The notes under the pieces were generated by a model. The model did no database searches. It worked only from the letters and a program-made list of their open reading frames with translations, and was not told the DNA's origin. Below, piece after piece: positions 25,792 to 35,724 of a stretch of 64,000 bases of DNA (position 1 is the stretch's first letter; every line of letters begins with the position of its first letter). A program made the translations under genes and the position numbers. The DNA is from Takakia lepidozioides (Eukaryota; Plantae; Bryophyta), in NCBI GenBank assembly GCA_030704615.1, contig CM060733.1, positions 68,572,001-68,636,000 of the forward strand, given 5' to 3'.

Positions 25792-27150
25792 TCAACCCAT
25801 CTGCATTCCGATTGACCAAACCGGTCGATGCACCACCTGAAAGTCATACTCTTGAAGGATGAGTGCCCACCATGCAGGCTTCCCCGTAAGCTTGTCTGAC
25901 TCCATCAACCACTTGAGTGGTTGGTGATCCGTGACAAGGGTGAAGAGATTGCAGTATAAATAGCACCTGAAGTGTGCCACGGCCCACACTGCAGCTAAGC
26001 ATTCTCCCTCATATGAGCTATACTTAGACTCTGCAATGTTGTTCGAGCGGCTAGCATAAGCCACTACGAACTCTCTTCCCTTCATCATCCACCTGTGTGA
26101 GCACCGCTCTAAGCCCCAGCATGCTCCAATCTGTATGCAGCTGAAAAGGACGCCCCCTAATAGGGCGTCTCAAGATGGGCGCCGAGGTCAACCTCGCCTT
26201 GAGCTCTTGAAAAGCTTGTTCTTGCTCATCTTCCCACTGCCACTCCTGGTCCACCTTGGTCAGTTTGGTTAGAGCCTTTGCAATGGCACTAAATCCCTTA
26301 ACAAACCGTCTATAATAGTTTGCTAACCCCATGAAAGCTCGAACTCGGCTCACATCCGTGGGGCGTGGAACCTGTGCAATGGACTCTACCTTAGTCTGCT
26401 GTACCCCAATCCTCCAGGATATATCATGTGACCCAGATACTCAATCTGGTTGTGGAAAAACTTGCACTTTCCCGGATGTAACTTCAATCCGTGCGCCCTC
26501 AAGCGCTCAAATACCCCCTGAAGGTGTCTCTCATGCTCTTCCACCGTAGCACTAAAGATGATGATGTCATCTATGTAGCACCGAGCAAACTCTACCCCTG
26601 CTAGAATCCTGTCCATGACTCTTTGAAACTCAGCAGGAGCGTTTTTAAGCCCAAATGGTAAGAACCGCCACTAGTATAGGCAATCCTTCCCGTGCTCATT
26701 GATCCCCCAGAATGCCGTCTTTTGCTTATCCGCCTCCTTGATCGGCAACTGGTGATATCCGGATCGGAAATCCAACGTGCTAAAGACCTTGGCATGCCCA
26801 ATGGCATCAAAGATCTCCTCTGGTGTCGGCATGGCATACCTATCAGACTTGGTCTGACGATTTACAGGCCGGTAATCACCGCACATACGTCTCTCCGTCC
26901 AATTGCCATAGACATCCTTCTTGGCTGGCATCACTGTGGCTGAAGCATACTCTCCCCCAGATAGCTCCACCAAACCAGCCTCCCAAAGGTCCTGAGTTCT
27001 CATATGAATCAAGGACCTCTCCATGTCACTGTATCTATAGGGTCTCCGAAAGATTGGTGTGTCAGTAGCCAATTCAATGCGAATCTCTTGACCCTTCAGT
27101 GTTCCTAAGTCCTTCAAACTGAAAGCAAAGCAGTTCCTGTAAGCCCTCAA
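25792..27150 (-). pseudogene. Reverse transcriptase and RNase H
   Basis: RMCGDYRPVN, STLDFRSGYHQ, CYIDDIII, TDWSMLG, SYEGECLAAVWAV, TDHQPLKWL; frameshifted. Confidence 0.93.
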
Positions 27151-27589
27151 GAACCGCCGTATACGTCGTCTCTCTCCTCCGATGACTATAGGTCCAACAT
27201 CAGGCTCCCAGTTGTCCTCCGTGACTGCAACCTTGAGTCCAGCAGGCTTAGAGGTAGAAGACGCGTCCCGTGGTTGCTATGCTGCAACCTCTTGAGCAGT
27301 GACCACTGCCTCCTCTGTCAGTGACAATGTCTCATCCTGCCCCATCATCCCATCCTTGAGGACCTCCTCAATCCGAGAAAAATCCCCAATCTGATCCATT
27401 ACCGCCGCTTTGGCTGCCAACTCCTTCTGAACCTCGAGCACCTCCCACGTGTGCCATGGATGCGGCCTGCACCTCGTGGTCCTCCTGCTCGCCCCCACTT
27501 GCTGCCTGTACCGTCTCGGTAGGCAGGGAGACCATGAAGGGAAATGTACTCCGTACTCTGCGCTGCTCAGCCATAGTCAAGCTGATAAT

Positions 27590-28340
27590 CCAGGTCAAGC
27601 AATTGAGATCCATTGCTTGCCCCAACACCTGACGACGTGATGCCTTAGAAAGAGATGGCACCGCCGTGGTACCTGTGGTAAAACCCATCGCCCGCTCACG
27701 CTCGTCAGCATTGGGCTCCACTAATTGTTGCAACTGACTATCCCACAAGAGGCCAGGTCCACCATCCCGAAAAGCATGGGATCCTGGGAAGCTGAGCAGT
27801 GTAGGTAATGCTACTCGTGGTTGACCCACCCTGTTGACCACTGCCAAAGGCGAACGGTCATCGTGTCTCACACGTTGAGACTGCCTCCCTGTGTCCAAAA
27901 TGCTATCCACTGTGAGGTGTGTTGGCCGCTGCACCCCATCAAATGCACGCTTGAGCAGTGCGGGTGGCATCAAGTTAGTCCACCATAGCCGTGGACAATG
28001 AGCCCGTGACCCCACTGCAGCTGCATCCAGCAACACTGCTGACCCAAGCCACGACCGGACTTGATGCACACTGGCCATGACCCTGGCCCGAGAATCACCC
28101 ATCAGTGGCACATTCTCCAAGATGTATGTTTGCTTGTTGGTATCCACGAACTGCAGACACTGGCAACAAATCAGGGTACTGCTGTACCAACTGAGCAACA
28201 TGGCGCAGTGAGATGCGTCGTGCAGTCTCATCCCTCTCCACATACAGGTAACGTCGAACTCGTACACCTGCCTGCAATATTGCAGCCAATCCAGTGCTGA
28301 TCCCGCCAAACAAGTCCAGAAGGCATATGCCTTCATCCGG
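27590..28340 (-). pseudogene. DNMT3-like C5-cytosine methyltransferase domain (catalytic PC segment deleted)
   Basis: Motif I LLDLFGGISTG, II YVERD, VI YILENV, VIII SRAHCPRLWWTN, IX ERERAMGFTTGTT, X RRQVLGQAMD. Motif IV is absent at a frameshifting junction near 28130. Confidence 0.88.
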
Positions 28341-28700
28341 GCACTACCACACAAGAGGTGTGGTGTCCAATGGCGACAACTGAGGTGGTCCTGGTGCAAT
28401 CACTGCACTCTCCTCTTCTCCTGACGGTACGAAGGCCTCTACCCAGGCTTGTTGTACCCGTCCATCAGCAGCTTGCTGCAAATCCTTGCTCGTACCCCAT
28501 AATGGAGTGTGAGCAACCATGGCAGGCAACTCCGCCGTACCATGCATGTTATCCTGCTCTGCTGGAGGTGGCACATCCTCTGCATGGGCATTGCCTTCCA
28601 GCAACTCTCCAGGCCAACTAACTGCAGCTGTAAAGGCGGCTAGTATTGGCATCTTGCCCCGCTGGGTAGCCGAAATACCCCCAATGAATGTCACAGGGAG

Positions 28701-29831
28701 CTATGCACGACGACCATCCCCTGACTGCCATCCAGGCCTGTAGGATGCTGACTCTTCCCAAAAGTCCAGGGTGAAGCCCATGGGATATAACACTGCCCCA
28801 CCAACAAGGACATCGTAAGAGACCGCGTCTGTCACAATGGCCTTGGCTCGCATCACTGAACCATCTACAGGATGATCTGGTTGTCCAATGGCCAACTCAC
28901 GCCGTGTCATGCCCCGAGCCTGCTCTGATCCTCCCAGAGATGTCTGTATCTGGAAAGGACAGGGCTCCATATCCGCCTCCATGAGGCCCAAACCTGCAAT
29001 AGCAGCTCTGCCCAACATCAGTGGCTGAGCTCCCGAGTCCAATAAGACCCACAGTGGCCGGTACTTCTTGCCTGCCGGTCCACTCAAAGAGAAAATGTCA
29101 TCCTGGTTGTCTAACAAGACAACTCCAGGTGTCACCATGGCGCGCTCAAAGGCTGGCCTAGCTGGCAGCTCCGTCAACCTGGCAACTGCAGCTTGCCATG
29201 GCGTAGCCGTGGCAGTCTTGACCCTCAAATCCGAGGATCCCTCTGCCACTACACCTTCCACTAACTCCGCAGAAGATGAAGTGACCTCCCCACTCTCACA
29301 GAGTGTTGCTGCTAGTCTGAACACTGCAGCTGGTCTTACCCCCAGCGTCGCAATCATGGTTGCCGAGAACAGTGGGGCTTGACACATTGAGGTGGCTGCC
29401 CCCAACAACACACCGGCTGCACTAGCCTTGGTAGCAGGTGTCAGTGCTGCACGTGTAGCTCTCCCCAATGGCATAGTAACCTCCGCCTCGGTAACAGTCG
29501 AGCGAGAACTAGGTGCCATGGATGGCGTCGACACAGTCTCCGCCAATGTGAATGACTGAGGAAGCCTCACTTGACGGCTTGCCTCCCCACGATGTGGATC
29601 CAATTCCACCTCTGCACCTTGTGGCTCAGGAACTCGTGCTGCTCCTCGAGTCACGGCTGCAGCAGACTCCACCTGCACTAGTGGTAGTGCTACTCCGCAC
29701 ATGAATCCCATGCCTCCCATATCTCCTCCCTCAGGCGCAGGAGGTGGACCATCCCACCTGGGAGCCGGTACCGCCTGAGCTGTAGCCATGGCAGCGAGCC
29801 TCTGCTCTAGCTGCTGAAGCCGGTTGCCCAT
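28701..29831 (-). CDS. Gag-PR linker and aspartic protease
   Basis: VLLDSGAQPLMLG ... SYDVLVGGAVL. Confidence 0.85.
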   Translation of the reverse strand: MGNRLQQLEQRLAAMATAQAVPAPRWDGPPPAPEGGDMGGMGFMCGVALPLVQVESAAAVTRGAARVPEPQGAEVELDPHRGEASRQVRLPQSFTLAETVSTPSMAPSSRSTVTEAEVTMPLGRATRAALTPATKASAAGVLLGAATSMCQAPLFSATMIATLGVRPAAVFRLAATLCESGEVTSSSAELVEGVVAEGSSDLRVKTATATPWQAAVARLTELPARPAFERAMVTPGVVLLDNQDDIFSLSGPAGKKYRPLWVLLDSGAQPLMLGRAAIAGLGLMEADMEPCPFQIQTSLGGSEQARGMTRRELAIGQPDHPVDGSVMRAKAIVTDAVSYDVLVGGAVLYPMGFTLDFWEESASYRPGWQSGDGRRA

Positions 29832-29846
29832 GCCTTGGTCAACACC

Positions 29847-31278
29847 CTAACCTCCGCATCCTTGGCCATGTTGAGCTTGCCCTTGGCCTGCACCTCGTGC
29901 CCAGCCATCTCGTCCTCTCTGGGCTGATCCACCTCGCCCCCGGCCACCATTGTTCCCTTGGAACTGGCCTAGGCGCAACTCAGGATGCAAGTCATAACAC
30001 TGGGCATCTCCGTGCCCATACTTGCCACAATGCCCACACTGCAACTGTGCAGGCTGTGCTTGTGCCGGCCTTTTGCCACTCTCTGGGCAATCTCTCTTGA
30101 CATGGGGTCCTCCACATGTCCAACATATCACCCCTGGTTGCTGTTGGCCTGCAAAAGATGCCACGGGCCTCTGCACCTGAGGTCCCCTGTAAGCTCCATG
30201 GAACTTGGGTTGGGAAGCCTTGCCCCCCTGACCACGCTGTTGGGTAGTCCCTTGTGCCTGTGGGCTGGCAGCTGCACCTTGTGCAGGCGTGTCCTTGCCA
30301 AATCCAATGGTAACAACTCGCTCCTCCACCATGTTGAGCTCAATCCGCTCAGCCAGCATAAACACATCTGCTAATGTGGGTTGGGCTGCTTGTAACAGGG
30401 TTGCATCTTGCACCCTTCTTGAGCTCCTTGTCCAGAATTCCATACCAAAACTGGATTGCCTGAGCTTCACTAACCCCTTGGGTCACACTTATCAAGCGCC
30501 TCATACGAGTGTATGCCTCTCGCAGGCTCTCACTGGGTTTGCGCTGGAAGTCTTGCAAACTTCGCAGCTTCTCTGTCCGTATACCTTGGTAGTTCCTCCA
30601 CAACTCCTGGAAGAACTCCACCACCGGGTTGAATCTAGGCACATGTGTTGTAGTCGTGGCAGGAGGAGTAGTAGCACCTTTTGAACTGGTACCACCTGCA
30701 GAAGTACCGGCACTACTTGTTCCACTACTAGTGCTGGCAGTGGGAGATATTGGTACTGATGCAGCTACTGGTCGCGTTGTGCCTCGAGTAATGGAGACGT
30801 AATCAGGTGACCAATACATCCTCCACTCCTCAATCTCTGCTTCATGTCCTCGCCTGAACTCGTGGTAATCGTCCATAGGCGGGCCTTCCAAATGCTGGAA
30901 CAATCCCTTCCACGCCATGAATGGGGTGAATAGCTGTGGATTGCGCATCTGCTGCAAATCACACCAGCTGTCGAACTCCTGGATAAAGTCATCCAACTTG
31001 ATTGTGCCCACAGCTCCAGAGTACCTACGAGGCCCCTTGGTAGCTCCATACATCTCCTCCATGTCGTCCCATAACAATGGCGAATGAAACTGCACACCTG
31101 TTGATGAAGCCTCCGAGTCTGTGTTTGACTCTGCACTAGCTGAGGGTGGAGGTGAAGGTGGTTTGAAACGAACACCTCGTCTGGTGAACCCACTCTCACT
31201 GCTACTGCCTGTAGCCATACTCCCCTCAGAACCCCTGGGTAACTCCGTGATGACACTCACAATGTGCACCTCCCCCAC
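29847..31278 (-). pseudogene. Gag with two CCHC Zn knuckles (frameshifted)
   Basis: FQRKPSESLREAYTRMRRL, CWTCGGPHVKRDC, CGHCGKYGHGDAQC. Confidence 0.85.
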
Positions 31279-31812
31279 GTGACACTATAAGGCTCTAGTA
31301 CTAATTCTAATAGTGACACGGGTAGGCACCTGTTGCAGTTTAAGGGTCATATCCCAGTGGCTCAGGGCACCTGCACCTGCATCCACCGCAAGAACTCCTA
31401 TGGTTGGCTGGTCATCAACCCAATCTCACCATAGAAGAAACACAGGTGGTCTTGCTGGTCATCACTCCAGCCTCACCACCGACAGCATACTCTAGGATTG
31501 ACCGGTGATCAAATCCGGCCTAATCCCTATGAAAGCAAGCGCCCACACAAAACCAACATGGCGCACAGTCAAGCATGCAGGTGTTGGGGGGGGATCCAAA
31601 CACAAGAAATCAAAACATCAACACCCCCACACCAAAAACAACTCCACGGTGTTGCTCCTGCAAGGACACCCCAGCCCAAAACCCGGACTGACTCTTGCCT
31701 CCACCTACGGAAAGGTCTGGGCCTAATGAGAGGGTGGAAAACTACGAGGAAGAGAAGCTAAAGCAATGCCTAACCCCAGCATGCTCTCATCCCATCCAAC
31801 AGTTGGAATCTG

Positions 31813-32030
31813 TCGCCAGTCAGTCCGCTCGTCAGTCGCCGGTCTGCTGGTGAGTCCACTCGCCAGTCGACCGGACTGAGTCAGTCCGCTCGCCAATGGC
31901 CAGTCTGCTCGTCAATCACCGGTCTGCTGGTGAGTCCACTCGCCAGTCTACCGGACTGAGTCAGTCCGCTCGCCAATCGCCAGTCTGCTGGTGAGTCCAC
32001 TCGCCGGTCTACCGGACTGAGTCAGTCCGC
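31813..32030. repeat. Tandem repeat in the element leader
   Basis: GTCTGCTGGTGAGTCCACTCGCC.GTC.ACCGGACTGAGTCAGTCCGCT three times (~31842, 31922, 31983). Confidence 0.85.
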
Positions 32031-32575
32031 TACAGAGCTGCAGAGAACCAGAAAGCAAGTGGAAGGAGCAGGGCTGCCCACAGCCTCTTCTTCATCAGTC
32101 GACTCAGTCTCAGGAGAAGCTGGAATGGCTTCATCACCAGCCCCCTTACATCTGGGGATCCAGTCCAAAGGTAAGGGAAAAGCCTCTCCAAACACGCCAC
32201 TAAACTCAATGGCAAACAACCAAGCCCTGCTGGCTCCCAGCCCTTGTGAGCACTCATTCAAGCACTCTCCTTGGCCATAGCATCTGTCTTAGAGCCTATT
32301 CCAGCCCCCTACACCTGCCACTTCAAGAGCCATGCTCTACCTAGGCTTGGGGTTGAAACCCCAACTCACATATGCCCTACAAGTGGTCTTCTTTCACCCA
32401 AGTGGGAACCAGCCCTAGCCCTTCCATTCTAGCTCTCTAAAGCTTGAAAACAAAAGCCTCAATGGGCTGAAGGCATGCTCCATACATGCCCCACTCTCAC
32501 CATGAGAGAATCAGCTTTTTTGCTTCATTTCTTGCACCCACAAATCTGAAAATACAAGCTTTAGCAGGCTGAATA

Positions 32576-32780
32576 CATGCTCCACACATGCTCTACAGGG
32601 CAACCAGCCCCTTCCTTCCTTTCTTGCACTCCCAAACCTGAAAGTACAAGCCTTCAACAGGCTGAAAGCATGCTCCACACATGCTCTACAGGGCAACCAG
32701 CCCCTTCCTTCCTTTCTTGCTTGCCCTCCAAGCTTGAAGATGGCAGCTTCAACGAGCTGAATACATGCTCCACACATGCA
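32576..32780. repeat. ~93-bp tandem duplication in the element leader
   Basis: CATGCTCCACACATGCTCTACAGGGCAACCAGCCCCTTCCTTCCTTTCTTGC at 32576 and 32669, with a partial third copy. Confidence 0.85.
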
Positions 32781-33291
32781 ACCTCTTCACACAAGAGGTA
32801 TCAGCCCCCTACCTTGGCTCCTTGGCTCCTTGATGCTCTCTAAGACAAGACTAAGCACTCCACAGCCCTTGCCAAGCTCCTGAAACCCTAAGGCTTACAT
32901 TTCCAGCCCCAAGACACTCCTCTTGTGGTGCAAGAGCTCTTCTTCCAAGCTCTGAAACCCTAGGTGCACATTCCATGGCCTTGCCGCACATCTTAGCTTT
33001 TGTTCCAGCCCTGCTCTTGCCATGACAAGAGCCCTCTCAATGCTGAAGCTCGAGATTGAAACCCAATCTCCACATACTCCACAAAGTGCACTGATTTGCC
33101 CCAAGCCAAATCAGCCCTTTCGCTTGGTCTTACAATCCTTCACACAATGAAAGCTCGCATTCCCAGTCCAGTTCTCAGCTTTGCCACCAAGCCACTCCAT
33201 GGTGCTCCTTGCATAACAACCTGGTTTCTCTCATTCTCAAGCAAAAACCACAAGTGCTACAACTAACTCGAACCTGGCACTCACAGACTCG

Positions 33292-33309
33292 GGCTGATCT
33301 CTCTCGAGT
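33292..33309 (-). promoter_or_regulatory. Putative self-priming primer-binding site
   Basis: Abuts the CA end of repeat B, lacks TGG, and is 17/18 complementary to 33493-33510. Confidence 0.7.
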
Positions 33310-33658
33310 GATAAAAAAACTAAAGACACACTGTTCACACAGAAAACATGAAATCCATCAACATCACTCTTTAAGATAATAGTCGAGTCAGGGGCACCCC
33401 AAGCTATGGGGACTCCACCCCACAACAACCTATACCCCTACATAAGCACACTCAGATTCTAAAGCATGAAGGAGCTCGGTCGCGCAGGCTCAACTCGAGA
33501 GAGATGAGCCGCGCGACTGACGCTCTCGTGAAGAAAGACAGTTCAGTGTTCAAACTAAACTTGACACCTGATTTAACACTTGACCTAAATCCAAGTGTTA
33601 AATACAAATAACTAGCTTTATTCTAGTTAGTTTCACACTGGGCTTATTTAACTTGACA
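33309..33658 (-). repeat. Terminal repeat B, 5' copy (350 bp)
   Basis: Direct repeat of 23568-23919; no A repeat lies beyond 33658. Confidence 0.95.
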
Positions 33659-34009
33659 CCTATTTCCGTGCCTCCTAACCCTATTTCCGTGGACAGACAA
33701 TGGCCCGCTCATGCTCATGCCGCTCATGAAATAGCAGCCCCCACTTTTTGCATTCAATATGTAAATTCAGGGCTCAGTCTGACGAGAGGGCAAAATAGAC
33801 TGAAATAGGTCAAAGAAGAAGGCGCCCTCACCACATTGTCCTCGACCTTGTGTCATGACCTATGGAGGATTTGACTGACCATGTACCCAAGAGGACCTCT
33901 TGTATGTGCGAGGGGTGTGCTGCTTCCACAGGGAATTGTAGGCGATCTGGAGCTTGAAATCCGGCCCTCTTGGATGAATCTGGACCCACACTGCTCCCTG
34001 CTCCTTCAT

Positions 34010-35570
34010 CTATCCATGCCTTGATGCTAGCAGCTGACAATAACAACCTATAATTGTTCCAGCACACACCCCAGCCCTACTTATCGCACTAGTTCCTATG
34101 CTGACTTGCGTCTGCTTCCAACAGACATTCACCTTTTTGCGTGGATTGTTCCACCATTGACTGGGGTCGGAAAAGTATTCATTCCAGAGCTTCTCCACAT
34201 CTCTATTATCTATTTTTCGATACTTTCCTATTGACCACATTGGCAATCACATGTCAAAATCACTCCAACACCACCATAGATCCACCAACAAGCTAACTTG
34301 CAGAATTCAACATGAAAATTTAGGGACGACTCTGATAGCAGGGGAAAACAGGGTGAAATATGTTGAAGAATGTACCTTCATTAGCAGTGGGCCTTGTTCT
34401 ATCAATTGTGCTGCTGCCGTTGCTGTCTCCAGTTGACCATCTACCCACTTGTGGCTGCTGTGCTATTGAAGAAGGTGCCCCCCTTCCCCCATCATTTGAT
34501 CATAGGTCTCCAAAGCCTCCATACCATGTCCCTGCTGTGCATACCCTGCAAGCATCGCGTTCCATGACACCACATTTGGTTCAGCCATAGTGTTGAAAAC
34601 TCCCTTCGCATCCTTAATGCACCTACATTTGGCATAGACATCCACTAGGGCAGTGTTCAGGATGATATCTGGTACAATTCCAGCTTTAACGATGTCACCA
34701 TGGACCTCTTTCCCCTTTTCCAGAGGTCCTAGGCTTGCACATGCATTGCAAACATGCGCAAGCGTGATGTGGTTGGGCTTCACCCCTTTGCACAACATTT
34801 GCTCATAGGTCTCCAAAGCATTCCTACCACATCCATGCTTGGTAAATCCTGCCAACATTATATTCCACGTGATCAAAGATCGCTGAGGCATTCTGTAAAA
34901 ATCTTGGCGAGCATCCATGATGCTCCCGCACTCAACATACATGTTGACAAGGGTGTTAAGTAGAAAAAACATTTGGCATGAATCCACTTGGATAATGTGA
35001 GTGTGCACCTGATTCCAGCTTACTTAAGCAAGAGACAGACATACGTATCTGAATCTGCTGAAATGCCTCATTGGTTTAAAGTTTGTAGAACCTTTGTCAG
35101 TCTGCCTGCCTCACAAAGCATAATAGGCATTCAACTTTTTGCCTCGATTGTCCCACCATTCACTGGGGTCCACACCTTCTCCTCATGTCTGTTATCTGTT
35201 TTGAATACTTTCCTACTGCCACATCGGCAGTGACTTGTTATAGTCATTCCAAACCACCACAGATCCACCCAACGAGTTAACTTACAAAATTCAATATGCA
35301 TCTCAGGGCCAAGTCTGATGAGAGGGCAAAACAGGCTGAAATAGGTCGAAGAAGAAGGTGCCCTCACCACAGTGTCCTTGACAATTCAATATGCATCTCA
35401 GGGCCAAGTCTAATGAGAGGGAAAGACAAGCTGAAATAGGTCGAAGAAGAAGGTGCCCTCACCACATTCTCCAAGGCCTCTATACCACGCCCCTGCTGTG
35501 CACACCCTGCAAGCATAATGTTCCACGTGATGAAAGATCGTTGAGGCATTATGTTGAACACTGTAAGTAA
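34010..35570 (-). pseudogene. PLS-class PPR gene fragments with OSB/PDF-like WW(D/N)N motifs
   Basis: NTLVNMYVECGSIMDAR...ITWNIMLAG...NTALVDVYAKC...NVVSWNAMLAGYAQQGHG; LWNEYFSDPSQWWNNPRKKVN (~34130-34200) and DPSEWWDNRGKKLN (~35130-35170); internal duplications. Confidence 0.85.
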
Positions 35571-35724
35571 AAAAGAAGGGGCCTACAACCCATGACAATC
35601 CATCCAGATAGTACGCCATTTATTTCAGGCTGCAGCGGAAGAGAAAACCTGGTACAAACGGAGATTCTGCAATTGAGATTTGTCTAGACATATTGTTGGA
35701 TTTCCTTGTTTATCATCCCTGGAG

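Larger units (their letters stand above)
23482..33658 (-). mobile_element. Ty3/gypsy retrotransposon encoding a cytosine DNA methyltransferase and a PHD finger, with split direct terminal repeats
   Basis: gag, PR, DNMT, RT, RH, DDE integrase and PHD are colinear on the minus strand; terminal repeats are B...A-B-A; a PPT is present. Confidence 0.93.

Noticed and set aside
23482-33658. DIRS/Ngaro classification based on split repeats and a methyltransferase
   Set aside because: It has an aspartic protease and an rve DDE integrase, no tyrosine recombinase motifs, and the methyltransferase is C5-cytosine type.
23477-33663. TSD for the DNMT element
   Set aside because: The flanks CCTTA and CCTAT match at only 3 of 5 positions; suggestive but not claimed.
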